From positions 10,115-74,114 of the forward strand of contig JAACJW010000001.1 in NCBI GenBank assembly GCA_021378525.1: a stretch of 64,000 nt of DNA. Direction: 5' to 3'. Below, one piece after another: positions 22,124-33,927 of this stretch. Positions within the stretch are counted from its first letter, which is position 1; every line of letters starts with the position of its first letter. The DNA is from Ureaplasma sp. Hg2. Lineage in GTDB: Bacteria > Bacillota_I > Bacilli_A > Mycoplasmatales > Mycoplasmoidaceae. Position numbers and translations under genes: made by a program. The notes beneath the pieces are model-generated. The model did no database searches. It worked only from the letters and a program-made list of their open reading frames with translations, and was not told the DNA's origin.

Positions 22124-22204
22124 TATTTTTTAGTCGGTATAATTAGTTTTAAGGTATAATAAATTATATAGATATAGAATATATTTAAATAGAAGAGGAA
22201 TATT

Positions 22205-22510
22205 ATGAATTTAAAAACAGCAAACGAACTAGATGAGATTCTTAAAGGGAATAAAATTGTTTTAGTAGATTTTTTTGCCACATGATGTGGACCGTGCAAA
22301 ATGTTAAGTCCGGTTATTGAAACTATGGAACAAAAGATGTCTGAAATCAAGTTTGTGAAAGTAAATGTAGAAGAATTTGAAGGACTAGCAACAAAATATG
22401 AGGTTCAAGGAGTTCCTACTGTATTAATTTTTAAGAACGGCAAAGAACAAGAACGAAGCTCAGGTTTTGTTCCAGAGGAAGTTCTTACACAAAAATTAAA
22501 TAAATACTAA
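22205..22510 (+). CDS. trxA: Thioredoxin, 101 aa
   Basis: [37 protein letters not shown]. The W of WCGPC is TGA at 22283-22285. Confidence 0.93.
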
Positions 22511-22517
22511 ATAGATA

Positions 22518-22551
22518 GAAAATGATTATGGTTAAGCTATAATCATTTTCT
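22518..22551 (+). terminator. Hairpin after trxA
   Basis: Perfect 13-bp stem agaaaatgattat/ataatcattttct. Confidence 0.6.
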
Positions 22552-22571
22552 ATAATGCAAAGGGATTAAAA

Positions 22572-23408
22572 ATGAAATATAAAATATTTGCAATTGATTT
22601 AGACGGGACTTTACTTAATTGAAAAAAATCAATTAATAGTTTTAATTTTAAAGCTCTAAAATCTTATTGTGATGCCGGTGGAATGCCTGTTATTATCACG
22701 GGGAGAGCACCCGATTCAGCAAAAATCTATATTAGACAAATTGAAAAAAAAATTAATCATAAAATTAAATATTTGGGCTCTCTTAATGGTAATATTATTG
22801 AAGATTTATCTCTTAATGAAATAATATATTCTAAATCAGTGCCTCCTTTTTTGTGTGAAAAATTATATCATATAGCTATGAAATACAATTTAGTTTTCTG
22901 ACCATATACTGTTGAAGGGATTGAAAAGGAATATGTTGAGATTTATGGGCCAAAATCTTTTTCAATGATAGTCCAACATTTTCATAAAGGCACCAAAATT
23001 GTTAGACCTAGAGTATATCGGGCTCACCAATCGTATAAAATAAATATAATAAATAACGGTGCTAAATCTTACAGATTATTTAAGGCTTATAAATATATAG
23101 TAAATAATTTACAAGACGAACTAGACATATCTTTCACTAGTAAGTGGGTTTTTGAAATAACTATGAAGAATTCTAATAAAGGGAGAGCTATTAAAATAAT
23201 TGCAGATAGAGAAAATATTGATCTTGAAAATGTTGCAGCTATTGGGGACTCTGCAAATGATATTCCTATGTTTAAAGTTGTTGGGCATCCGATAGGATCA
23301 AAAAGCACACACCAAACTATAACTGAATATGTTGATTATATTGTAAAAGACGCGCCCGACGAATGTGTTGCAAAGGCAATTATGGAGGATTTGTTGTATG
23401 AACTATAA
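22572..23408 (+). CDS. Cof-type HAD-IIB phosphatase, 278 aa
   Basis: FAIDLDGTLLNW is motif I and GDSANDIPMF is motif IV. Three same-frame ORFs joined by TGA. Confidence 0.85.
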
Positions 23409-24255
23409 TATAAAAATGATTGTAACTGATGTTGATGGGACGTTATATGATAACGAACGTGGCATCATTGAACCATACACTTTAAAAAAATTACAAGAAG
23501 CTCACGATAAAGGAGTTATTTTAGCAATCAGCTCTGGGCGTTCTCCGATGGCAGCTTTTGATATGTACGGGCAAACAAACTTGCCTCATGATGGTTATGT
23601 ATGTTCGATGAACGGTGGCGCTATTTTTAAAGCAAGCAATATTAAGGAACCAATCTATACTACAAAATTTACTAAAAAACAAATAAATTCTTTAATTAAA
23701 TTACATGAAGAAACCAAACTGGAACACACCGTAACTATTTTTTATGGACTAGATAACACCGTTATACCATCTAGTGATTTGATTTATAAAAATAGTTCTT
23801 GAGATTATGTGCGAGAAACTGATTTAATTACTATATCTGACACGGACATTAAAACACTTAAAAAAGGTGAATTCGATATTATCAAAGCCTTGGTGATCCA
23901 TGACTCATGTGGAAAGATTGATGAATTTCATCATTTAATGGGGAAGCTTAAGAATTTAGATGACGGTTTATTGATTAGTGGTGGTGGCCAAGGTAAAAAT
24001 ATTTTTGCCGAGGTTAACCCGCCGGAATCATCTAAGGGTATGGCGTTAGATCATTTGGCACAATTATATGGAATTAAAGTTGATGAAATGCTAGTTATCG
24101 GCGATTGGCTGAATGATATTAGCATGCTAGAACGAGCCAAGTATTCTGTAACATTAAAAACATCGAGCGATGAAGTAAAAAAGGCAAGTAAATATATAAT
24201 TGACGCTAGACCTTCGGAAATTGTTGGTAAAGCAATAGAAAAATTTATCTTATAA
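23398..24255 (+). CDS. Cof-type HAD-IIB phosphatase (second tandem paralogue), 285 aa
   Basis: MIVTDVDGTLYD, SSGR and GDWLNDISML motifs. ATG 23398 overlaps the upstream stop. One TGA. Confidence 0.85.
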
Positions 24256-24458
24256 CAACCAACACCAATGCTAAATCATTTTCATTTAATCGTAAAAAGC
24301 GCATTTTTGAGAAATGATTTTTTTCATATTTATTTTTTTAATTAGCTAAAAATATTATTTTTTATTTTTTTTAGAGTGTTTCTATGTATAATTAGTTTAC
24401 ATTAAAAAAATTTAATATTTTTTTACTTTATTATGCAAAAGGATGATGAGGTGTTTTT

Positions 24459-26063
24459 ATGAATAAGCCATTACTTAAATTAACAAATATTAACAAAACT
24501 TTTGATGACGGGTTTACCGCTGTTGAAAATTTTAATTTAGAAATCAAAAAAGGGGAATTTATTACCCTTTTAGGTCCTAGCGGGTGCGGTAAAACAACGA
24601 TGCTAAAAATGATCGGCGGATTCGAATTACCGACACATGGGAAAATTTTATATAATGGAATTGACATAAAAGATATGCCGCCTTTTAACCGACCGACCGC
24701 AACTGTTTTTCAAGATTATGCTCTATTCCCTAATATGACTATTTATCAAAATATTGCCTATGGTTTGAAATTAATGAGAACACCCCTTGATAATATAAAC
24801 AACTCGGTTTATATTGAGGCTGAGAAGGTTCAAAAACAATCTGAAAAAAAAGCAAAAATTAAAATTAAGCAAGTTGAGAAACATTTAAAAAGCTTGTCAA
24901 AAGATATTGCTAAGGAAAAGAAAAGATATAGTATAAACCCCTTTGTAAGCGAAATATATGAAATGAGAAGACCACAATTTTTAGCTACAATAGATCAATA
25001 TAATAACGAATTATATAAGTTATATGGCGAGGATTTTTCTTCAAAAATTAGTTTTCTTGATAACACTTATGATTGAATAAATGGCGCTCTATCACTTTTG
25101 CGGATTCCTTTTCAATTACAAATTGCCTATAATGATTTAAATGAGATTGAAAAGAAAATTGTAAATTTAAAAAAATGATATCGATTTAAAAAACCCATAG
25201 ATGATAAAATCGATAATCTTGAATGAAAATTCAACGATTTAGATTATTGAATTTCGTATTGACAAACTTTCCCCCAAATACGAAAAGATAGTTTTGAAAA
25301 ACATAACATTACTAGAAAATTAACAAAAATCGAAATCAATCAACGTATTTCAGAGGTTTTAGATTTAGTAGGCTTAAAGGGCAAGGAAGATAAATTCCCC
25401 AATCAATTATCTGGCGGAATGCAGCAACGTGTTGCGCTTGCCAGAGCAATAGTTATTGAACCAGAAATATTATTATTAGATGAGCCGTTGAGTGCTCTTG
25501 ATGCCAAAGTAAGAAAACAAATGCAAGCTGAGTTGAAGCGGCTTCACAAGGAATTGGGAATAACGTTTATTTTAGTCACGCATGATCAAGAAGAAGCGTT
25601 AACGCTGTCCGACAAAGTTGTTGTAATGTGTGATGGAGAAATTAAGGATTCCGGAACCCCAAATCAAATTTATGATACACCATCAAATATTTGAGTGGCA
25701 AATTTTATTGGCAAGACAAATATTTTTAAAGGTAAATATTTAGCAAATAAAAAGGTCGCTGCATTAGACATTATATTTAGTACCAAAGAAACTCATGATA
25801 TTAGTGATAATGTTAATGTTTTAATTAGACCTGAAGATTTCGATGTTGTTAGTGTTTCTAAGGGATTTATTAAAGCGACCGTTAAAGAAGTTCTTTATAA
25901 AGGACTTATGTGAGAAATTATTTGTAGTTATAACGACTTGATAATAAATATCGAAAGTGTTAATCAAGTAAAGGCTGGCGATATCGTTGGGCTAATTTGA
26001 GACGACGAAGATGTTCACATTATTCCAGATAAATCTATAGAGGAGGAAATAATAGATGATTAA
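24459..26063 (+). CDS. potA: Spermidine/putrescine ABC transporter ATPase, long form with ~180-aa insertion, 534 aa
   Basis: Walker [10 protein letters not shown], signature LSGGMQQR, Walker [13 protein letters not shown] and H-loop VTHDQ. Three same-frame ORFs. Gap 25077-25418 was hand-translated and holds five TGA. The potB-C-D genes follow. Confidence 0.9.
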
Positions 26064-26928
26064 ACAAAATAAAAAATATACTAATCGTTTTATATGAAAC
26101 AAGCGTTTGTGACTAGTTGTTCCATTTGCTTTGCTAACGCTCATATTAGTAATTATTCCTTTAATTATGGTAATCGTGCAAGCTTTTATACCGGTTTCTG
26201 GTGGCTCTGTTAATGATAATTGAAGTATAGTAACTGGAACCGTTTGAGAAAAAATAGGTAAATCATTATATATATCAATAACTGCAACAATTTTTGCGAT
26301 AATTTTAGCATATCCTTTTTGCTATTTTTTATCTTTTAATAAATCGAAATTATTTAAATCAATTGTTCTATTAACCATAACAGCTCCAATATGAAGTAGT
26401 CTACTAATTAAATTAATTGGATTAAAAACATTCTTTGATGTCATTAATGGCGAAATGAATAGTACATATGGTGATATTTTTACAATTATAGGAATCACTT
26501 ATATGTACGTTCCGTTTATGATTATTCCATTGTATACGACTTTAGAGGCGATGCCGCGTTCGTTAATTGATGCTTCTAAGGATTTAGGGCACAATAGTAT
26601 TAGAACGTTTTTTTATATTGTTGTACCATATACTAAAAACGCGTTATTTTCTGGAATAAGTTTAGTGTTACTTCCGGCCTTTACCTCGGTCGCCATTCCG
26701 GCCTTCTTAAATAATGCGAATAATGGGGACATGATTGGAAACATTATAATTGACCAAGGCCAGAATGGGTTGGAAAGTCGAATCGCGATAGCTCGCGCAT
26801 CCGCTTTAAGTTTATTAGTTAGTCTTGTGATGTTTCTTGTTTACGGGTTGATTGTTTTGTCACCAAAAATGTATCGATCGATAATGCGCTACAAATCACA
26901 AAGGGAAATGGTGAATAAGCATGAGTAA
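26056..26928 (+). CDS. potB: Spermidine/putrescine ABC transporter permease, 290 aa
   Basis: ATG 26056 overlaps the potA stop. Polytopic. EAA-like loop LEAMPRSLIDASKDLG. Hand-translated through several TGA into ORF 26455-26928. Confidence 0.85.
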
Positions 26929-27778
26929 TTTTTTATCATTTTTAAAAAAATCATATATTTATATTATTTTAATTTTAATCTATATTCCCTTAATTTTTAT
27001 TGTTATTTTAAGTTTTACGCAAGCATCTGATAAAGGAAATATTGGCAATTCCTTTGATTTTAATGACGGCCAAAATTATTTGCAATTATTTAGCAACGAT
27101 GATTTTGTTAATGCTTTAGTGAATACGATAATAATTAGTGTGGTCGTAGTTCCAATTTCGACAATCATTGCTGTTCTAACTTGCTTTGGGATATGAAACT
27201 CAAAAAAAGTTTATCAATCTAGTGTATTATCTTCTTCTAGAATTAATATTGTTAATCCGGATGTCATTACTGGAATTAGTTTAGCCTTATTATTTTCTTC
27301 AACATGAATTGCAGTTGGTTTAAACCTAGGCTTTTTCACTGTTATTTTATCACATATTTCTTTTTGTACTCCGTATGCAATTATTGTGATATACCCTAGA
27401 ATGCAAAAAATGAATCGCAACTTAATTTTAGCTTCATATGATTTAGGATACAATAAACTAATAACTTTCTTTAAGGTTACAATTCCTTTTTTGCTACCAG
27501 CTATTATAAGCGGTGCGGCAATTGTTTTTGCAATGAGTTTTGATGACTTTATCATCACCAGTTTAACTAGAGGAAGGGTAACAACAATCTCAACCCAATT
27601 ATATGCGATGCGTAAGGGTATCAAGGCTTGGGCCGTTACTTTTGGAGCAATCATTATTATGATTACATTATTTATAATGGGAATAGTGGCGCTACGTCAT
27701 AGTTATACCGAACGGAAAAACATCAAAGGCAAACGGCAAGCTAAGCTTAAAGTTTGAAATAAGCAAGGTTTGAAATAA
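26921..27778 (+). CDS. potC: Spermidine/putrescine ABC transporter permease, 285 aa
   Basis: Overlaps the potB end. Loop MQKMNRNLILASYDLG. ORFs 26921 and 27386 are in the same frame with the gap checked. TAA at 27776-27778. Confidence 0.85.
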
Positions 27779-29298
27779 TGAAACGAAAAACTGTTATGAC
27801 TTTCATCACAGCATTTAGCGGGTTACTAATAGTAGCCCCTTTGAGTGCTACACTTGTATCATGTTCAAGTGTAGATAAAAATCGTTTGGTTTATGGTAAT
27901 TTTGAAAGTTATATGAATGCTGAGGTTGAAAGATATTTACAAACTAAATACGATGTTACTTTTGATTCTTATGAAACTAATGAACAAATTTTAAGTAATT
28001 TAAAAAACGATTCAATGGATATCGTTACCCCGTCAACGTATATGGATGTATCTTTAATTAAAGAAAACTTAATTCAACCACTTAATTGATCAAAATTTAA
28101 ATTAGGTAATATAAATAATGTAGAGGATTTAATTATTAGTAAAAATCCGATTTTTACTAATTCGACAATTAAAGCTATGAGCGCTTATGGAGATTTAAAT
28201 GGGGATAATATTATCGTTCCTTATGATTCCCTTTTTAATAACAATAACGAGCTAAAGCAAAACGGGCCGTATGATATTATTAAAAACGGAATTAAGACGA
28301 CAATTCCAAATTTAATTGGTAAGGATTCAAAAAAACCCGGCGCATTAGATCTATTTAGCGAAGATAGTTTACTAAATTGAACTGTTCCTTATTTTTTACA
28401 AGATAATATTTTTGCATATAGAGGTCCTGAAATTAAAACCTGAGGAACTAAAAATAAAAGAACGAACGATAAAATCGATTGATTAGATATCTTATATACA
28501 ATGAGCCATGATAGTCGTTTTTACAAAGCTAAGACACCCAATCTAGGAATGGTAGATGACTCTAGAACAATTTATTCGATTCCCCGTTTGATGCAAGATG
28601 AAAATAAAAATGTTAATCCACAATCAGATGCCCCGGGCACGTTCCAAAAGGTGGAAATAAAGGATGTGGAAAATACTTATAAATTATTTGTTGATAATTT
28701 TAGGAATTCTCCTAGTGATATTTTATTGAATTCCGATTCCAGTGTTATTTTAAATAAATTATCACGTGACGAAATTAAGGGTGGAATTATGTATAATGGC
28801 GATGTTGTGTATAGCGTAATCGGCGGTGACGATGGAATTGATATTAAAGCTGATGACATTCATTATGTTCGTCCCGAGAAAACACTCGCTGCTTTAGATA
28901 CAATAGCTTTTAATAAAAATTTGAAAGGTGTAAAATTAGATGCGGCATATAATATTGTGGGAACAGTAATGTTTGATTCAATTGATTCCAATGGAGAAGC
29001 CCTTGATGCTGGAACCACGAATGGGGATGATTATAAATATTGAAGTACTAAAAATTTCGATGCAATCAACTACACACCGGTAACTATAAATATGTATGAT
29101 TTTGCTACATCGCAAGGTTCATATGCTATAAATAAGAAATGAGAAAACGATGCATATTATAGCGATAGTCCAAAAGATAAAATGGAAAAAGATCTTTTAA
29201 AAATTAATGTAGATCCAAACATGTTGGAGCAACCCTTGAACGACATTAGTAAATCCAATATGCAAATAGCATATTACTCATTTAAAAATAACTTGTAA
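27778..29298 (+). CDS. potD: Polyamine-type ABC substrate-binding lipoprotein, 506 aa
   Basis: TAATG overlap with potC. Signal plus lipobox MKRKTVMTFITAFSGLLIVAPLSATLVSCSS. Three same-frame ORFs and a tail joined by TGA; gaps checked. The assignment rests mainly on operon context. Confidence 0.7.
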
Positions 29299-29509
29299 TG
29301 TTTGGGCAAATTTTAATATATTAAAAATTTATTTTCCTCCTTATTTGTTCTATCACTTTTGCTAAGGACAATTTAAAGTTTCTGAATTTGTAAAAATATT
29401 TTATCAAGTTTACCGCACTAAGAAAGAAAAAAAGGCAAACATGTTATATAATAATAAATATAGTATATAAAGATTTATTTATTACAAATAGGGTCTAAGG
29501 AGTTTTAGA

Positions 29510-31003
29510 ATGCAAGAATTTATATGTGAATATACACTAATAGAAAATTATCGTGAACCTTCAGAAAGATGAATTACAGAAGTAGTTGTAAAAGATAATT
29601 ATGAAGAAGCGTATCAATTTTATTTAGCTATTGTTGAGTCAATGCACCGAGATATTCAAATGTACGATTTTTTGAATCGTAGAATTTTTAGTTCCATCAC
29701 AGTTGCAGAAGTATCTGCAACATACCCGAATGGGAAAGTGATCCATTACTACAACAAAAGTCAAATTGAAGAACAAATCGCAAAAGAAAGCGAAATTCGC
29801 CAAGCCGTGACACAATCAGGTGTGGGTTACTCGCCCCAAAACAATCCAATGGTTGTCCAAGGAAACGCCCCCGCCGCAGGTAGATATCATAGAGGATATG
29901 AAGAAAAACCTTTCTATTCAAAAATGTTTAATGGTTGAAATAACAATGAATATCCACGAGCATATAATAATCAAAATGCTAGACCACCACAAAATAGCAA
30001 CTATGACTTATACTACTTAAACCAATTAAATTCGCGCAACGGCCAAGCTTATATGCCGCGCCAACAAGCTTATCAACGACCTGCACAACGACCTGCACAA
30101 CCATATCCGCCAGTGCAAATGTATAATCCACCATTGCCGCAACCGAACGTTTACGTTCAAGGAATAGCAAACCAACAAACACCGCAACCGAATTATCCTC
30201 TAATTCAATATCCGCCGCAACAACACCAAGCTCCGCAACAAGTTCAACCTCCGCAACCGCGGCCACCAAGACCGAACGTTAATAACACGCCGCCTCAAGT
30301 TATGCCGATAGCGCAACCTCAGCCTGTCGAACAATATAGAAAACCGATGGAAATGGCGCTTCCTAATATAGAACCTATTGGAAATAACGTTGCTCAAAAT
30401 GTTAGTCCTATTGGGGCTCCTGTTGTTTTTGATAATTTTGCACCACCACCACCGCAACCGCAACCTATGCAAGCACCGTTGCCACCTCCACCGTTGCCAC
30501 CACTTTTACCGCAAGATAACTTTGATGATCAACAACCACCTCCTCCGCCTCCGTTATCAGAAAGCGATGTTGAATTCCGCGAAAACCAAATTTTCGATGG
30601 AAGTCCTGACCCCGATAACACAATCGATCGACAAATAATTATGATGTCTTTAACTGGAAACGAAATTGATAGTATTTTTGATGGGGACTTTGATGTAGTG
30701 TTTGGAGAAGCGCCGCCTGAAGACTTTGATCGAGTAATTGTTTACGATTTAGACGCAGATGCAGTTGTTGGCGAATTTGATGTTTCTGAAGTTATAACCG
30801 ATGATAAAAAAGCGCTTTGAAAAGACTTTAAAAAAGATTCACCAATGAAGCATAGTAACTATAAGAAATTCTTTAAGGGATTAGACGAAGCTTCCGCAAT
30901 AATTACAGTAAACCCTTTCTTCTATAACAATGAAAAAACACTTGAAGATTTTAGAATGGCCGAATCACCAGAAGCATATGAATATTTAATTGAAGTATTC
31001 TAA
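29510..31003 (+). CDS. Proline/glutamine-rich protein with structured N- and acidic C-terminal regions, 497 aa
   Basis: AAGGAG RBS, ATG 29510. ORFs 29642 and 30053 plus the head and tail are all in frame 2 and joined by TGA; checked. Centre contains QRPAQRPAQPYPPVQ...PPPPQPQPMQAPLPPPPLPPLLP..QQPPPPPPL. Confidence 0.8.
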
Positions 31004-31022
31004 AATTATTTATGCTATATAA

Positions 31023-31079
31023 AACACTAAAACAACAAACACTACTTTTTTGAAGGAAGATGTTTGTTGTTTTAGTGTT
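31023..31079 (+). terminator. Long hairpin (19-bp perfect stem, 19-nt loop)
   Basis: aacactaaaacaacaaaca ... tgtttgttgttttagtgtt. Confidence 0.6.
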
Positions 31080-31216
31080 ACCCACAACTTTAACTTATTG
31101 TATCTATTATTTTTTTAAATTATCGAATATGCGATAAAATTAATTATTAAGTATAAAAATTTTATGGTGTTTATAATTATATATTATTTATTTTACAAAA
31201 AAAAGGAGTCATTTCA

Positions 31217-32005
31217 ATGGAATTAGTTAAAAATGAATTTCCTGTTTTTCGAATTCAAAAAACAAGAAATGATAAAGGCAATATAATTTTCATACATGAT
31301 TTTCCAGATAATTCATACATTCATAGTAATATTGAAAAAATGATTAAGGATTTTAATTATTTGGCAGTTGATCTACCAGGTTGCGGCGTTACTCCGATTA
31401 TTCAAAAAAGTAAAATTAATATTTATTATCAAGCTTGTCTATTGGTTGAATGAATTCACGAAAAGGGATTTAATAATATTGTCTTAATAGGACATGGGAT
31501 AGGAAGCACAATAGCTTTAGTTTTAGCTAATATGATTGAGGGGAAGATTAATAATTTGATTCTAATTAATCCACCAGATCATGCAATGTTCAAAAAAATG
31601 AAAACCAATAATGATGTTTTAATTAAGAGTGACATTGACAAAATGACAAAAATTTATAGTGAACTATTCTATCGAGATGTTAAGGGGCAAGTCCGGGACT
31701 CGTTAGATATAGATCACAAACTACTTCTTTTTAAAAAGAAGTACAAGGATTTAAAAATTTTGGAAAAACAATTATATAATCATCGTTCATTTCGCGACGT
31801 ATGCAATGCTATGAAAAAAAATACTTTACCAACAACCATAATTGTCGGTAAAGATAATAAATATTATGAATATAATAAAGCTGCTAATTGATATAAAAAA
31901 CAAATGAAAAATATTGAAATATTAAAATTTAGTAATTCTAGTCACTATCCTTTTTTGGAAGAACCTTTAGAATACTTCGAAATTATTAAGAAACTAATTA
32001 TTTAA
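31217..32005 (+). CDS. Alpha/beta-hydrolase-fold protein (paralogue of 5054-6871 N-domain), 262 aa
   Basis: GNIIFIHDF..DLPGCGVTP..LIGHGIGSTIA..FSNSSHYPFLEEP. Two ORFs plus the tail are joined by TGA. Its 3' end overlaps the convergent gene by 8 nt. Confidence 0.8.
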
Positions 32006-32264
32006 ATTTATTTACGATGATTAATTCTTCTACTTCGGGAATTTGATCTTGAAGAATATTTTCTACACCGTCTTTGTATGTCATATCAATCAAAGAACAT
32101 CCAATGCATGCTGCTAATAATTTGATTTCTACGACACCTTTTTTGTAACTAACGAATTCAAGGTCACCACCATCTTGTTTGACGAACATTCGAATTGTTT
32201 CAATAACATCTTTGATTTCATCAATTATTTCTGCATCAGTTCTTTGGTTTAATTTGCTAGACAT
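31998..32264 (-). CDS. NifU C-terminal-domain (Nfu-type) Fe-S scaffold-like protein, 88 aa
   Basis: FVKQDGGDLEFVSY..VEIKLLAACIGCSLIDMTYKDGVENIL, with the CxxC motif. Confidence 0.8.
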   Translation of the reverse strand: MSSKLNQRTDAEIIDEIKDVIETIRMFVKQDGGDLEFVSYKKGVVEIKLLAACIGCSLIDMTYKDGVENILQDQIPEVEELIIVNKFK

Positions 32265-32281
32265 TTTAATATTCTCCTTCG

Positions 32282-32566
32282 TTAAATTGAATTCATTCTC
32301 TTGGACATAGATATTTTAGTGATCGTCGTCAACAATAGTTTATCATCTTTTTCGCTTTCAATTACTATAAAATAATAATCATCCAATTCTTGGACACGAT
32401 AATAGAGTGCTCCATTATTTTCGAATTCAATATAACCCCTTGATAACATATCTTTCAATTTGGCTTCGATGATTAAATTGCTATCTTTGCCCCAATCTAA
32501 TCTTTCCTTCGCTCTAATTAGAGCGTGATGAGTAATGGCGAAATTTGACTTATTATAAAAGCTCAT
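32282..32566 (-). CDS. Hypothetical protein, 94 aa
   Basis: Intact ORF whose ATG (32564-32566) overlaps the udk stop codon, which suggests co-translation. No family recognised. Confidence 0.55.
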   Translation of the reverse strand: MSFYNKSNFAITHHALIRAKERLDWGKDSNLIIEAKLKDMLSRGYIEFENNGALYYRVQELDDYYFIVIESEKDDKLLLTTITKISMSKRMNSI

Positions 32567-33186
32567 TATTTTACCAACCCGAGAATAACATTCCTCATTG
32601 AATTAATAGCTATTTCGCTATGATTGGTTCACGGGATAATAATGTCAGCGTGCTTTTTTGTTGGTTCGATAAATTCAAAAAACATGGGTTTTACCGTTGT
32701 TAGTCATTGGTTTATAATTGAATCCATACTTCGCTGACGCTCCGTAACATCACGAACCAAACGACGAATGAAACATTCGTCGTTTGGTGTGTCGACAAAA
32801 ATTTTAACATCTGCTAATTCGCGTAGATTTTTATCATACAAAGCAAATAACCCTTCAAATACAATAACATCAACAGAATTTTGAATAATGTTTTTATCAC
32901 TTCTTTGGTGCACGGCATAATCATAAATCGGCATATCAATTTTCTGACGCATTAATAGTTGGTTAAGTTGGGAAATAATCAATGGTCATTCAAATGAGCT
33001 GGGATGATCATAATTCATTCTGGCGCGGATGGTTACATCTCCTTCGGCTTGTTTATTATAATAACTGTCTTGGCAAACAATAGCGGATTTAATATTTATT
33101 GGTAAATCGCTAATAATGCTTTTAGCGATAGTAGTTTTTCCAGAACCACTTGCGCCACTTACTAAAATTAAAATTGGCTTTTGCAT
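32566..33186 (-). CDS. udk: Uridine kinase, 206 aa
   Basis: P-loop ILVSGASGSGKTTIA, then NYDHPSSFEW..IDMPIYDY..VIVFEGL..DVKIFVDTP.D.RL.RR..RD. Two ORFs plus the tail are joined by TGA, and the tail was hand-translated to TAA 32566-32568. Confidence 0.9.
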
Positions 33187-33464
33187 AATTACTCCTTAAA
33201 TTAATTCTATTATACATTAATTGATGATTTTTTTATATCTTGATACGTTTTAAGATAATTTTAATTTAATCAAACAAGTTATAACATTAAATACATTATA
33301 GTTACTTTTTTAGATATAATATTATATGTAACATGTTAGATTATAAAATAAGTAAAAAAATAAATTTAATTTAGTATATATATAATATTATTGTTATAAT
33401 ATATTGACTTTTAATAACACTTAGAAGAGTAAGATATTATATAATTTAGAAAGAGGGTGGAATT

Positions 33465-33638
33465 ATGGCAGTACCAAAACGAAACGTCAGCCAGGCGCGT
33501 AAAGGAAAAAGACGTAGTCACGATCATTTAGAAGTTCAGACTACAGTAGTATGTAAAAAATGTGGTAAACCTAAACAACCGCATCGTGTTTGCCGTGCTT
33601 GTGGCACATATAACGGCAAAAAAGTGTTAGACATTTAA
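33465..33638 (+). CDS. rpmF: 50S ribosomal protein L32, 57 aa
   Basis: Hand-found ORF MAVPKRNVSQARKGKRRSHDHLEVQTTVVCKKCGKPKQPHRVCRACGTYNGKKVLDI. GAGGGTGG RBS. Confidence 0.9.
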   Translation: MAVPKRNVSQARKGKRRSHDHLEVQTTVVCKKCGKPKQPHRVCRACGTYNGKKVLDI

Positions 33639-33639
33639 T

Positions 33640-33891
33640 ATGGCTCGTTCTAAAATATCAACTAAAAAAATAGTGCCTATTGCAAAAAATAAAGCAAATT
33701 TAACGAGCACTAATGAAGTTAAAAAAATTAAAATTAACTTGGCTTCAATGCCAGATGTTGAAATTTATAGTGACATGCCCATCAAACGAAAAACAAGTTC
33801 ATTCCATGCAGTCGTAGCGCTTTGCTTATTAACGCTAGGACTATTGGTCGGAATATCGATTACATGTATCGTTATCTTTTTTGCATCATAA
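33640..33891 (+). CDS. Small basic C-terminally anchored membrane protein, 83 aa
   Basis: Starts 1 nt after the rpmF stop. Has a C-terminal TM (AVVALCLLTLGLLVGISITCIVIFF). A terminator follows. Confidence 0.45.
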   Translation: MARSKISTKKIVPIAKNKANLTSTNEVKKIKINLASMPDVEIYSDMPIKRKTSSFHAVVALCLLTLGLLVGISITCIVIFFAS

Positions 33892-33892
33892 A

Positions 33893-33927
33893 AAATAAAT
33901 TCACATTATAGTGAATTTATTTTTTTA
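33893..33927. terminator. Bidirectional hairpin terminator
   Basis: aaataaattcac/gtgaatttattt plus a T-run. The stop codon of the convergent reductase gene lies within it. Confidence 0.65.
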
